From an uncultured Candidatus Saccharibacteria bacterium (GTDB lineage Bacteria > Patescibacteriota > Saccharimonadia > Saccharimonadales > EFPC-124): a stretch of DNA of 61,581 nt. Position 1 is the stretch's first letter. Every line of letters starts with the position of its first letter. The notes under the pieces are model-generated. The model saw only the letters and a list, made by a program, of their open reading frames with translations. It had not been told where the DNA came from and made no database searches. Position numbers and translations under genes: made by a program. The stretch is taken from the NCBI GenBank assembly GCA_964447105.1, contig CAYURH010000004.1, forward strand, positions 1 through 61,581. The letters run 5' to 3'. Positions 38,110-48,124 of the stretch are shown piece after piece.

Positions 38110-38302
38110 AACAAAAAGCCCTTCGAGATCACTGGAACCCATCTAGTAAAGGGGCGGTACCATCCAGTTTCCGAAAAGGCAGTCTTTTGCGGCGCTTATT
38201 TGTTGCTATGACGGGCTTACCCGGCGGGTTCTAGTAGGCCGGAGCCGTTCTTCCCGCTGCTTCGTGGTTGATAGCCACTCACCTCTTGCGAGGACGCAGT
38301 AT
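38110..38302 (-). ncRNA. Ile T-box riboswitch with ultrashort Stem I
   Basis: gtgg-ctAUCaa-ccac specifier (38272-38270); Stem II gggaagaac...tagaaccc; cggg-taag-cccgtcatagc; T-box ggaTGGTACCgc; terminator gccc...gggc-ttttt. Confidence 0.88.
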
Positions 38303-38337
38303 GGTTAGAGTGTATAGGATTATGGCCGCTGTGGCAA

Positions 38338-38961
38338 CTAACCAAAAATATCTGGGAATTTAACAAATACGATCACTATCAGCGCTACTACCCAGGCGGC
38401 CACAATAAATTTATCCCAGTCTTTGCGCACTATTTTGCTCATCTGTTCGTGTGTACGCGACGGCAGGTTAAAAGTATTCTCGCGCAAATTGTAGCGTGTG
38501 ATTGCTTCAAAGATCATAGTGGTCGAAAACGTCACCATCAAACACCACGGGCACAACACTTGAATCACAAATACGCTTTGGAAAAACAACCAATACGCAA
38601 AGATCAATCCCAGCAACGCACCGATCTGTGCGCCCACCATAAACCACCGCTTGTACCGTGCACCGGCAAAGTACCCGACCGCCAGGGTAATGAGCACGGG
38701 GTAGGCCATCATACCAATGTACGAGTTGGGGAACCCAAACAATGTCGCCTGCCATGTCTTCATGACCGACGCACAGTTGAGCACTGCATTGAGGTTGCAA
38801 CTGAGTGCGGCGTTGGGGTTTTGCAATAGCTCAATTTTCTCCACCGACAGCGTAAAGGACGCCAGTAACCCCACAGTGGCAAAAAATAAAATTACACCAA
38901 AAATCCAATTGTTCGATCGCTGCACGTCAGGGTGTGGTGAATGTTTTGTCGTCTTGGACAT
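38338..38961 (-). CDS. Vitamin K epoxide reductase (VKOR) family protein
   Basis: Loop cysteines SCNLNAVLNC, FGFPN, CPWC active site. Confidence 0.93.
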   Translation of the reverse strand: MSKTTKHSPHPDVQRSNNWIFGVILFFATVGLLASFTLSVEKIELLQNPNAALSCNLNAVLNCASVMKTWQATLFGFPNSYIGMMAYPVLITLAVGYFAGARYKRWFMVGAQIGALLGLIFAYWLFFQSVFVIQVLCPWCLMVTFSTTMIFEAITRYNLRENTFNLPSRTHEQMSKIVRKDWDKFIVAAWVVALIVIVFVKFPDIFG

Positions 38962-39211
38962 AGTAGCCAGCCTCGCTTATGGTTGGTAATTGGTCGCCGG
39001 TCCACATGTTTTGGACATGGCCTTCATTGTCGGCGACGAGCAATGTGGGATAATCCACTACATCGTACAACCCAGCCATGTCACTCCCCTCGGGCGAATC
39101 CGCATCCAGCAGGGGCAAATCTTTGCCTGTTTGCATTTTGATATCGCGCACGTAATCCAGCGCGCGACGTTCATGGTCGCTGTTGGGGCGATAGAGCATG
39201 ACTGCTTTCAT
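38927..39211 (-). CDS. Small thioredoxin-like hypothetical protein lacking CxxC
   Basis: YDVVDYPTLLV cis-Pro-like segment; overlaps the VKOR start. Confidence 0.75.
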   Translation of the reverse strand: MKAVMLYRPNSDHERRALDYVRDIKMQTGKDLPLLDADSPEGSDMAGLYDVVDYPTLLVADNEGHVQNMWTGDQLPTISEAGYYVQDDKTFTTP

Positions 39212-39297
39212 ACCACCAGTCTACCATTAAACGAATTGACCAACACTTGAAGTGCGAGTATTATTCGCTCATCATCCCTTCGACTACAGGGGCGCAC

Positions 39298-39891
39298 ATG
39301 ATGTTGTGGTATGACCGCTTCGACCGCGCCACAGTGCGGGCGGTCCAATGGTACCGATTCTGGCGACTTGTGGGGCGAATTTGGTCTTTCAGGTTGCTGG
39401 CGGAAGCGATCGGCGTGTCGACTTTTGGGTTACTCGCCGTGCTGTACGGCGCACTGGCAGCTGGCTGTGTCGCGCTGATAGCGTGGCAGCAGTTCGACGT
39501 ACTGCGTGTGGTTGGCTGGGTGCTCGCCGCCTATATTGCAGGCCTGGTGCTATCTGGGCTAACGTACTGGCGTAGTGCGAGTCGTCTGCGGTGGAAGTTC
39601 ACTATATCGGTGATGTTCGCCAATACTGACGAGTGGCGACGGTTGGACTCGGGGCTACGGCAGCAGCCAGGCCCCACCGATCTACTCACACTCATACAGG
39701 CCGGACGTGACTCCGAAATGGTCACATCCTATATTCGTATCTACCTACGCGCTCACCACGAGTTGGCAGGTTCGACTACGGCGTGCGGACAACTCACCCA
39801 AGGCACCCGACAACGAATGGTGAGTGCAGCCACCACGGCCGCGGAATCCATCAAGCAAACGCTGAATGGAGGCACTGGCACCAGTCGCTAG
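39298..39891 (+). CDS. Orphan 2-TM protein, cassette gene
   Basis: TTGACC-17-TATTAT promoter, agggg SD-like site, ATG 39298; hairpin 39897-39916. Confidence 0.72.
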   Translation: MMLWYDRFDRATVRAVQWYRFWRLVGRIWSFRLLAEAIGVSTFGLLAVLYGALAAGCVALIAWQQFDVLRVVGWVLAAYIAGLVLSGLTYWRSASRLRWKFTISVMFANTDEWRRLDSGLRQQPGPTDLLTLIQAGRDSEMVTSYIRIYLRAHHELAGSTTACGQLTQGTRQRMVSAATTAAESIKQTLNGGTGTSR

Positions 39892-39933
39892 GGATAGGGG
39901 TCGCGAAAACGGCCCCAAATCCAGTCTTATATA

Positions 39934-39961
39934 TAAACGAGCTCCATGTGGAGCTCGTTTA
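39934..39961. terminator. nrdJ terminator hairpin
   Basis: taaacgagctcc-atgt-ggagctcgttta. Confidence 0.7.
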
Positions 39962-39978
39962 GTTGATGCACGCAGACT

Positions 39979-42738
39979 TTAGCTACAGCCAGTGGTGGCG
40001 CCGCAACTGGTACATACATAGCAGCTGCCGGCACGCTGCGTCATGTTGCCACAGGCGCTGCATAGGGGCGCAGCCGCGCTGCTGCTTGTCTTTTTCACTT
40101 CTTTGCTAGCTATTGGTTTGCTTTGTGGTGTGCTTTCGGTTTCGACTTCCGTATTGGATACCGTGGTCGTTTCTTCGGGCAGCAAGCTCGCCTGATTTTC
40201 GGACTGTTCTAGGTCGTCGAAGCTAGCCAGCCCCAACTCTAGGCGGTCATCAAAACTGAGGTAATCCATGGCCAGGCGACGCATGATATAGTCGATCAAA
40301 CTACTCGCGGTTTTGATCTGCGGATCGTCGGTCATACCGGCGGGCGCAAAGCTCATGCTGCTGAGTGTTTTGACATAGCTTTTCAGTGGTACGCCGTACT
40401 GCAAACCGTGGCTCACGCTAATGGCAAAACTGTCCATGATGCCACTCAGGGTTGAGCCTTGTTTGGCTACGCGCACAAACAGTTCGCCAGGCTTACCGTC
40501 TTCGTACTCGCCCACTGTCACAAAACCTTTGAGGTCGGCCACGTGGAATTCATAGGTACGACCACGACGAGCGCGTGGCAATTCTCGTTTTACAGTGCCG
40601 GCAGCCACAACAACTTGTGGTACAGATTCTACTTTGTCTTTGCTCTCTTTTTCGTCCTGCTTCTTGCTACTCAATGGCTGCCAGGCTTTACAGTTATCGC
40701 GGTAGATGGCGATAGCTTTGATGCCCATTTTCCAGGCATCCATGTGCAGCTGTTCTACATCTTCTACAGTCACATTCTCGGGCATGTTCACCGTTTTGCT
40801 AATGGCACCAGAGATAAATGGCTGCACGGCGCTCATCATTTTGACATGGCCCAAGTAGTGGATAGCATTTTGACCCACGGCACAGGCAAAAACATCGAGA
40901 TGTTCGGGCTTCAAGTGCGGGGCGCCTACCACTGAGCCGTTGTCTTGGATGTACTGCACTATGGCATCGCTCTGCTGTTTGTTGTAACCGAGCGTCTTGA
41001 GCGCACGCGGCACGGTTTGGTTGACGATGACCATGGAGCCACCCCCCACCAACGTTTTGTATTTGGTTAGAGCAAAATCAGGCTCAATACCAGTAGTGTC
41101 ACAGTCCATCATGAAGGCGATGGTGCCCGTAGGCGCCAGCACTGTGGCCTGGCTGTTGCGTACGCCATATCTGGCACCCAGCTCTACGGCATCATCCCAG
41201 GCGCTAGCAGCAGCGCTGAGCAGCTCCTCGCTTACCGAACTAGCGTCGATGTCGCGCACGGCATCGCGATGCTGGCGCAAGACGCGATTCATACCCTCTT
41301 CGTCTTTGGTGTAGCCGGCGAATGGCCCCACGCGCTTGGCAATTTTGGCGCTGGTAGCGTAGCCATAGCCAGTCATCAGCGCAGTAATGGCTGCAGCTTG
41401 GGCTCGACCTTCGTCGCTGTCATATGGCAAGCCTTGGGCCATGAGCATGGCTCCCAGGTTGGCGTAGCCCATGCCCAATTCGCGGTAAGCACGGGCGTTT
41501 TTGTCGATAGATTCGGTGGGATATTCGCTAAATCCTACCAAAATTTCTTGGGCCAAAAATATAGTTTCGACAGTGTGTTTAAACGCCGGCACATCAAACG
41601 AACCGTCGGCTTTTAGGAATGTCAGCAAGTTTATGCTGGCCAAGTTGCAGGCTGAGTTGTCCAAATGCATATATTCAGAGCATGGGTTGCTACCGTTGAT
41701 ACGACCAGCTTTGGGTGTGGTGTGCCAGTGGTTGATGGTGGTATCAAACTGCATGCCAGGGTCGGCGCATTCCCAAGCGGCTTGAGCGATTTCGCGGAAG
41801 AGTGAGCGGGCTTTGAGTGTTTTATAGGTTTTATTGTCACGCACGCCTACCAGATTCCAGTCTTTGTCGGCTTCGACAGCTTTCATGAAATCATCGGTAA
41901 CACGCACCGAGTTGTTGGCGTTTTGGTACTGAATGCTTATGCTGTCCTTGCCATCCAACCCCATGTCAAACCCGAGTTCCTGCAGTGCATGGGCTTTGCG
42001 CTCTTCACGCGCTTTACACTGGATGAACTCTTGGATGTCGGGGTGGTCGATGTTGAGGATCACCATTTTGGCTGCACGGCGGGTTTTGCCACCACTCTTA
42101 ATCATACCCGCTACTGAGTCAGCACCACGCATGAAGCTGACCGGACCAGACGATTTGCCACCACTCCCACTCAAGCTCTCATAGCTTGAACGGAGCGCGC
42201 TCAAATTGATACCTGCGCCAGATCCGCCTTTGAAAATCATACCTTCTTCGCGGAACCAGTTAAGGATAGATGGCAGTGTGTCTTCGACCTTCAGGATGAA
42301 GCACGCGCTCGCTTGCTGCGCACGACCAGCTGCGCCAATATTGAACCATACCGGGCTATTAAACGCCGCTCGCTGTGTGGCCAAAATATATTTCAGCTCG
42401 TCGTTGTAGGCGTCGGCCTCAGCTTCGTCGACAAAATAGCCCTGATCATACCCATATTTGGTGATTGTGTCGGCCACGCGGTCAACAAGCTGGCGCAACG
42501 ACTGTTCTCGCTCTTTGGTGCCCGGTGTACCCCAAAAATATTTTTGAGCCACTATGTTAACGGCGTTCATCGACCATGTGTCTGGAAATTCCACCTGCTT
42601 TTGGTCGAATACCGCTTTGCCCGTAGCTGGATTTACAATTAATGCGTCGCGACGAACCCATGTGAGCTCGTCATAAGGATCTACTCCTTCTTGTGTAAAA
42701 TAGCGCTCAAGCGCTAAAGTGGCAGTTACGTCCGCCAT
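39979..42738 (-). CDS. nrdJ: Class II (adenosylcobalamin-dependent) ribonucleotide reductase
   Basis: FNSPVWFN, SACFI, SNPCSEY, ACNLAS, APTGTI, C-terminal CxxC...CxxCG..GCS. Confidence 0.95.
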   Translation of the reverse strand: MADVTATLALERYFTQEGVDPYDELTWVRRDALIVNPATGKAVFDQKQVEFPDTWSMNAVNIVAQKYFWGTPGTKEREQSLRQLVDRVADTITKYGYDQGYFVDEAEADAYNDELKYILATQRAAFNSPVWFNIGAAGRAQQASACFILKVEDTLPSILNWFREEGMIFKGGSGAGINLSALRSSYESLSGSGGKSSGPVSFMRGADSVAGMIKSGGKTRRAAKMVILNIDHPDIQEFIQCKAREERKAHALQELGFDMGLDGKDSISIQYQNANNSVRVTDDFMKAVEADKDWNLVGVRDNKTYKTLKARSLFREIAQAAWECADPGMQFDTTINHWHTTPKAGRINGSNPCSEYMHLDNSACNLASINLLTFLKADGSFDVPAFKHTVETIFLAQEILVGFSEYPTESIDKNARAYRELGMGYANLGAMLMAQGLPYDSDEGRAQAAAITALMTGYGYATSAKIAKRVGPFAGYTKDEEGMNRVLRQHRDAVRDIDASSVSEELLSAAASAWDDAVELGARYGVRNSQATVLAPTGTIAFMMDCDTTGIEPDFALTKYKTLVGGGSMVIVNQTVPRALKTLGYNKQQSDAIVQYIQDNGSVVGAPHLKPEHLDVFACAVGQNAIHYLGHVKMMSAVQPFISGAISKTVNMPENVTVEDVEQLHMDAWKMGIKAIAIYRDNCKAWQPLSSKKQDEKESKDKVESVPQVVVAAGTVKRELPRARRGRTYEFHVADLKGFVTVGEYEDGKPGELFVRVAKQGSTLSGIMDSFAISVSHGLQYGVPLKSYVKTLSSMSFAPAGMTDDPQIKTASSLIDYIMRRLAMDYLSFDDRLELGLASFDDLEQSENQASLLPEETTTVSNTEVETESTPQSKPIASKEVKKTSSSAAAPLCSACGNMTQRAGSCYVCTSCGATTGCS

Positions 42739-42869
42739 AGCCTTACCCCTCCTCTTTTTATAATGTTTGGAACTGTTGTTTTTGTTTGCCGCTTAGCCAA
42801 AGGCACCTCTCCCCAGCCAGCACTTGCTACCCTTTGTTGTACACCAAGTCCTGGCACTATTGCAATGGT

Positions 42870-43331
42870 TTATCGCGTCAGACGATGTTTGATTCGCTCC
42901 AACTCGCGTTCAAAGCTCTCTATGTCGGTGAAATTACGATACACACTGGCAAACCGCACATACGCCACTTGATTGGCTTGTGCCAACGCATCCATCACAA
43001 TCTGGCCAATTTGATGCGACGTAATGTCGCTATCAGCGGTATCATAGATGGTTTTTTCGATTTTGCCCGTGAGTTCTTCGAACTGCTCGCTGGTGATGGT
43101 GGTTTTTTCGCACGCCTTTTGGAGGCCCGCCACCAGTTTGACGCGATCGTAGAGCTGGCGCGACCCATCTTTTTTGATGATGTTTAGCGCTGGTCGTTCC
43201 AATCGCTCATATGTAGTGTAGCGATAGTGGCAATGCAAACACTCGCGGCGGCGCCGAATGCTTTCGCCCCCAGCCACATCGCGTGATTCTATCACCTTAC
43301 TTTCGCTCTGCTGACAGTTCTGACACTTCAT
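42870..43331 (-). CDS. nrdR: Transcriptional repressor NrdR
   Basis: MKCxxC..SKVIESR..IRRRREC..C..RYTTYER, ATP cone, VAYVRFASVY. Confidence 0.97.
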   Translation of the reverse strand: MKCQNCQQSESKVIESRDVAGGESIRRRRECLHCHYRYTTYERLERPALNIIKKDGSRQLYDRVKLVAGLQKACEKTTITSEQFEELTGKIEKTIYDTADSDITSHQIGQIVMDALAQANQVAYVRFASVYRNFTDIESFERELERIKHRLTR

Positions 43332-43391
43332 AGAATATCGTCTATCCTCTACATGCCGCTCACAGGAGCAGTGTAGCTACAACTTAGCATA

Positions 43392-43440
43392 ACGCTATAT
43401 ATAGGCCCACGCCAAGCGTAATTGCTACAACATATAGCGT
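43392..43440. promoter_or_regulatory. Tandem NrdR boxes
   Basis: acgCTATATATAGgcc (43392-43407) and ctaCAACATATAGcgt (43425-43440), 33 bp apart, matching acaCwAtATaTwGtgt. Confidence 0.8.
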
Positions 43441-43447
43441 AGTTGTA

Positions 43448-44680
43448 TTAATTTTGGTCGTCGTCTTTTTTCTTACGGCGGCGCATAAACGCCGGTAGAT
43501 CATCTTCGTCGCCTGATCCGTAATGCCAGATACTGCGTTTGGGTTCGTCTTCTTTGGTGAAGTCTTCGTGATCTTCGTCGGGCTTATCCAAATCCATATC
43601 GATGCGCTTCATGTCTTCTTCTTTCACCGCTTCAGCCACGTCGGCGACTGGCTGTGGAGCGGGTGCGGGGCTCGTAGCAGGCGTGTCGTTGCCCTGCAAT
43701 GCACCAGCTTTTTCTTGGAAGTAGGCGGAATCAAAACCGGTTGCAATCACTGTAATGATCAGCTCATCTTCTAGTTCAGGTTTGAGCGTAGCACCAAAGA
43801 TTATGTTGGCATCGGGAGCCACGGCGTTGGTAATAACTTCGGCGGCTTCGTTGATTTCGTGCATGGACATGTCGTAACCACCAGAAATATTGAACAGTAC
43901 ACCACGAGCACCATCGATGGAAACTTCGAGGAGCGGTGATTCGATTGCTTGTTGCGCAGCTTGCACGGCGCGATTCTCGCCACTGGCGCGGCCAATACCC
44001 ATCAGGGCTGACCCAGCATTTTGCATAATGGTTTTAACGTCGGCAAAGTCGAGGTTGATGAGCCCATGCTCGGTAATCAGCTCCGAGATACCTTGTACAC
44101 CCTGGCGTAATACGTCGTCGGCGATCTTGAAGGTTTCGAGCAGTGGTGTGCGGCGATCAATAGTCTGCAGCAAGCGATCGTTGGGAATAGTGATGAGGGT
44201 GTCGACTTGCTGGCCGAGTTTGGTGATAGCCCATTCGGCGTTTTGACGGCGTTTTTCACCTTCAAAGCTAAATGGTTTGGTAACTACGCCAACAGTCAAA
44301 ATACCTTCTTCACGCGCCACTTCAGCGACGACATGGCCCGCACCACTGCCAGTACCACCACCGGCGCCCAGGGTGATAAAGAGTAGGTCAGCACCCTGCA
44401 GTGCTTTACGGATCTCGTCGCGCGACTCTTCGGCGGCTTTTTGGCCCACAGACGGGTCAGCGCCGGCCCCCAGACCGCGTGTTGTGTCTTTGCCGATATG
44501 AATTTTGACGTCGGCTTTTGAATTGTGCAGCGCCTGTGCGTCGGTGTTGATGGCAATAAATTGTACGCCGCTCAGATCGGCTTCTGCCATGCGGTTTACG
44601 GCTGCGCCGCCGGCACCACCAACAGCAGCAACTTTGATGCTGGCAAATGTTTGTATATCAGCTGGTTTGATTTCTGGCAT
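43448..44680 (-). CDS. ftsZ: Cell division protein FtsZ
   Basis: [24 protein letters not shown]-terminal DLPAFMRR. Confidence 0.98.
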   Translation of the reverse strand: MPEIKPADIQTFASIKVAAVGGAGGAAVNRMAEADLSGVQFIAINTDAQALHNSKADVKIHIGKDTTRGLGAGADPSVGQKAAEESRDEIRKALQGADLLFITLGAGGGTGSGAGHVVAEVAREEGILTVGVVTKPFSFEGEKRRQNAEWAITKLGQQVDTLITIPNDRLLQTIDRRTPLLETFKIADDVLRQGVQGISELITEHGLINLDFADVKTIMQNAGSALMGIGRASGENRAVQAAQQAIESPLLEVSIDGARGVLFNISGGYDMSMHEINEAAEVITNAVAPDANIIFGATLKPELEDELIITVIATGFDSAYFQEKAGALQGNDTPATSPAPAPQPVADVAEAVKEEDMKRIDMDLDKPDEDHEDFTKEDEPKRSIWHYGSGDEDDLPAFMRRRKKKDDDQN

Positions 44681-44783
44681 GCAAAGGTCCCTCGTTGTTC
44701 ACATTTAGTATACATGGCCTTTTGGCGTTATACAAATGCGTGTTCACGATTTTTATGCCCGCATGGGGTTGAATAAAAATGTA

Positions 44784-46037
44784 TTACGACTTGAACTTCT
44801 TAAATGCGTCGGTGGCTGATTTGAACAATTTGCCTAACGCCGGATTGCCGACGGCAGGTCCTTTGCCTCGTTTGGGCTGGCTACCATCACTAGATTCTAG
44901 GTCAGCCAACATCAAACCAAGCGCGGTCGCGAATTCTGGCGCTGCCACCGCATCACTCATGCCGCCAAATCCAGCAGGATGAGCCACGCGTACGGGCAAG
45001 CGTAATTTGTCTTTGGCGTACTCAGCGAGTTGTTTCAGGTTTGCCCCGCCGCCGGTCAAGATGACGCCGCCGGGTAATTTACCAGCGCGGTCAATACTGG
45101 CCAGTTCTTTATCGATGAGTTCAAAAATTTCATCCAATCGTGCGCCCACGATCATCTCTATGTCTTTGCTGCTAAATTCGAGCGACTCATTGCCGTGCTT
45201 ATGAGTCACGGTCTGTTTGGCTTTTTCTTTGCCGGCTGGCATAGCGCTGGCATGATGGAGCTTAATCTCTTCCGCAATGTCTAGATCCGTCCGCAAACCA
45301 ATCGCTAAATCATTGGTAATGTTCACGCTTCCCATCGGAATGACAGATGCGTGCTGCAAGTCACCTTCTTCAAATACCACCACACTAGTGGTGGCTGCAC
45401 CCAAATCTACCACCGCCGCGCCATTTTCGATAAGTTGCGGCGAAGCCACAGCCCGAGCAGCAGCGAGACCCGCCACCATAATACGGTTACTCCCGGTATG
45501 AGTCATTTCTAGAGATTTGAGTACATTTTTGACATTAGGCGACAGTGCAGTGATGACATGTGCGTCTACTTCGAGTCGCACGCCACTCATACCCAATGGG
45601 TCTTTGATGTTTTCGTGACCATCTAACTGATAGCTACGAGGCGTTACTTGCAAAATCTCGCGGTTGGCCGGCAGCTGCACCACAGTGGCGGCTTCTTGTG
45701 CGCGAGCGATGTCGTCTTCGGTAATCTCATGGTTGGGCGAATTAACGGCAATTACCCCTTTGGAGCTCATAGCCATAATGTGCGAGCCGTTGATGCTCAC
45801 GGTCGTCGCGTCAATCTGTTGGCCCGACATGCGTTCAGCTTCTTCCAGCGCACGATCGATTGCCTGGGCAGTATTGACGATATTTACCACTTCGCCTTTG
45901 CGCATGCCGTTGTTGTGCGACGAACCTACACCGACAATCGTTGCTTGATGATCAGTAGCGTCAATATGACCAACGACACAGCGAACATTGGTGGTCCCTA
46001 TATCGAGCCCCACAGCATAACGTGTTGCTTCTTGCAT
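44784..46037 (-). CDS. ftsA: Cell division protein FtsA
   Basis: GLDIGTT, DPLGMSGVRLE, ILTGGGA, C-terminal amphipathic helix. Confidence 0.97.
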   Translation of the reverse strand: MQEATRYAVGLDIGTTNVRCVVGHIDATDHQATIVGVGSSHNNGMRKGEVVNIVNTAQAIDRALEEAERMSGQQIDATTVSINGSHIMAMSSKGVIAVNSPNHEITEDDIARAQEAATVVQLPANREILQVTPRSYQLDGHENIKDPLGMSGVRLEVDAHVITALSPNVKNVLKSLEMTHTGSNRIMVAGLAAARAVASPQLIENGAAVVDLGAATTSVVVFEEGDLQHASVIPMGSVNITNDLAIGLRTDLDIAEEIKLHHASAMPAGKEKAKQTVTHKHGNESLEFSSKDIEMIVGARLDEIFELIDKELASIDRAGKLPGGVILTGGGANLKQLAEYAKDKLRLPVRVAHPAGFGGMSDAVAAPEFATALGLMLADLESSDGSQPKRGKGPAVGNPALGKLFKSATDAFKKFKS

Positions 46038-46074
46038 GTCCCCTAGTATAACGGTTATGCCACAGAGCGCGCAA

Positions 46075-46827
46075 CTAGAGTGTGGTCAGGATTTCGTAGC
46101 TGTCAGGGGTGATCAGAACGGTATGCTCAAAATGCGCAGCCAGAGATTTGTCGAGTGTACGCACAGTCCAGCCATCGGTGTCTAACATAATGTGATGATC
46201 ACCGATAGTCGCCATGGGTTCGATAGCAACCGTCATGCCCGCTTTGAGCATAGCCCCAGTGCCGGCCATGCCGTAGTTAGCGATATTGGGGTCTTCATGT
46301 ACATGATGTCCTACGCCGTGACCCACAAGCTCGCGCACAATCCCCAAGTTGGCACCATCTAGCACAGCCTGAACTGCCGCACCAATATCGCCCACGCGCA
46401 CACCGTCTCTGAGCTGATCAATACCAGCATACATAGCGCGCTCCGTCATTTTGATCAGTCTGTCGACTTTGGGGCTGGGCGCTTGACCAATACATACCGT
46501 GCGGGCGCCATCAGTAATCATCCCCTGATATGTCACCCCAAAATCAAACCCCACGACATCACCTTCTTTAAATGGCGCATCGTTGGGTATGCCGTGCACC
46601 ACAGCATCATTGACCGAAATACAGATAACATCGGGGAAACCCTGGTAACCCAAAAAACTCGCCGTTGCACCCTGTGCTCGCAGTTCGTCGCGCGCCAACT
46701 GCGATATATCTTTGCCGCTCATGCCCGGCTTCACAGCGTCTTGAATCTTCTGTAATACGCTTGCCAGTATCTGGCCGCTTCGCCGCATCGCCTCAATCTC
46801 GGCGCTCGTTTTTACACGAGTGAACAC
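46075..46827 (-). CDS. map: Methionine aminopeptidase type I
   Basis: SVNDAVVHGIP, GHGVG, IEPM, AHFEHT. Confidence 0.97.
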   Translation of the reverse strand: MFTRVKTSAEIEAMRRSGQILASVLQKIQDAVKPGMSGKDISQLARDELRAQGATASFLGYQGFPDVICISVNDAVVHGIPNDAPFKEGDVVGFDFGVTYQGMITDGARTVCIGQAPSPKVDRLIKMTERAMYAGIDQLRDGVRVGDIGAAVQAVLDGANLGIVRELVGHGVGHHVHEDPNIANYGMAGTGAMLKAGMTVAIEPMATIGDHHIMLDTDGWTVRTLDKSLAAHFEHTVLITPDSYEILTTL

Positions 46828-47357
46828 GCTTGCAGCTCCGCCTCTAGTCGTTCGTGCACGTCGTGTATACTCCCTATACCGTCGACATGCACCACTTTGA
46901 TACCTTGCTCTTCGAAATAATCCAACGCTTCTTTAACTTCATGCTCATATATTTCAAGGCGCTCTTCAATCGCTTGAGGCGTATCATCTGACCGCGCCCG
47001 GAGTTTGAGACGCTTCACGATTTCTTCGTGGGGCACATCCAACACGAGTATCAGGCTGATTGAACGGCCATGCTGCGGCTGTGAATCAATGAGCCACTGC
47101 GCCTGTGGTTTGTGGCGCGGAAATCCATCGATAATGACATGGTCCACATCGTGCGACTTACTGAGCGCTTGGGCCACAATTGCATTTACTTTGTCGTCAT
47201 CCACCAGATCGCCCGTGCTCATGGTTTTGAGCAAATCGTGGTCATGAGTGTCGCGGAGGAGCTGCCCCACCGATAGCCAGCGCCAGTGGTGGCGCGCCGC
47301 AAGGAGCTGCCCCTGCACACTTTTACCCGACCCAGCTGCCCCAAAAAAGATCACCAT
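46812..47357 (-). CDS. adk: Adenylate kinase (short LID)
   Basis: GAAGSGKS, SVGQLLR, IDGFPR, RARSDD; next to map. Confidence 0.9.
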   Translation of the reverse strand: MVIFFGAAGSGKSVQGQLLAARHHWRWLSVGQLLRDTHDHDLLKTMSTGDLVDDDKVNAIVAQALSKSHDVDHVIIDGFPRHKPQAQWLIDSQPQHGRSISLILVLDVPHEEIVKRLKLRARSDDTPQAIEERLEIYEHEVKEALDYFEEQGIKVVHVDGIGSIHDVHERLEAELQACSLV

Positions 47358-47366
47358 GCCCGTGGT

Positions 47367-47810
47367 CTACCCTGCTAGCTTTGCCTTTACTGCGGCAGCG
47401 ATACGACCGCCATCGGCACTGGTGCCTACTTTGGCACGGACCGCACCGATAGCTTGGCCCATTTGGGCGCCAGGCATACTGGCCACAATGTCATCGACAA
47501 TAGTTTGTAGCTCGGCATCGTCGAGCTGTTTGGGCAGATACGTGTCAATAATAGCTTTTTCTTGTAGTTCAGTTTGAGCGCGGTCGTCGGCGCCACCTTT
47601 GGCAAACTGATCGGCGCTTTCGGCCCGCTTTTTGGCTTCGCGAGCAAATACGGCTAGAATTTGGTCGTCGCTCAGGCCATCGTCGCGTACCTTTTGGGCA
47701 ACTTCTTCATACTGAATAGCGCTTTTGAGCGAGCGCAACACTTCCACTTTGGCTTTTTCGCCAGCAAGCAGAGCAGATTTGATATCGCTATTGAGACGAT
47801 CTTTGAGCAT
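47367..47810 (-). CDS. GatB/YqeY domain protein
   Basis: KKRAESADQF, YLPKQL, MGQAIG, ADGG; follows rpsU. Confidence 0.93.
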   Translation of the reverse strand: MLKDRLNSDIKSALLAGEKAKVEVLRSLKSAIQYEEVAQKVRDDGLSDDQILAVFAREAKKRAESADQFAKGGADDRAQTELQEKAIIDTYLPKQLDDAELQTIVDDIVASMPGAQMGQAIGAVRAKVGTSADGGRIAAAVKAKLAG

Positions 47811-48025
47811 TAGCGCTCACCCAAACGAATTCGCTTGAGTTTGTCGGCTTTGCGGGCTTTGCGGATGATAGCGCGAGCGCGGCGATCGCGCTTGCTGATG
47901 GCTTTTTCAAAAAATTGCAGGCTCTTGGCACGAGAAAGAACGCCGGACTGTTGCACCTTGCGGTTAAAGCGGCGAATCAGGTTTTCGTTGGCCTCTTGTG
48001 GGTCTTTACGAGTGACTTGAATCAT
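47810..48025 (-). CDS. rpsU: 30S ribosomal protein S21
   Basis: MIQVTRK...ENLIRRFNRKVQQSGVL...FFEK; rpsU-yqeY synteny. Confidence 0.88.
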   Translation of the reverse strand: MIQVTRKDPQEANENLIRRFNRKVQQSGVLSRAKSLQFFEKAISKRDRRARAIIRKARKADKLKRIRLGER

Positions 48026-48076
48026 ATCTTTGACTACTCTAGCAGAACAGAGACAGATGCGCAAGAGTTTAGGTTG

Positions 48077-48112
48077 GGTGGCGACTCGAGGGACAAGCTC
48101 AGAGTCGCCACC
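48077..48112 (-). terminator. GC-rich hairpin without U-tract (cassette 3' element)
   Basis: ggtggcgactc / gagtcgccacc. Confidence 0.6.
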
Positions 48113-48124
48113 ACATACTACACC

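Noticed and set aside
42739-42869. Cobalamin riboswitch before nrdJ
   Set aside because: Only a faint GGUG..AAAGGG similarity; no T-loop or B12 box; kept only as an unknown hairpin
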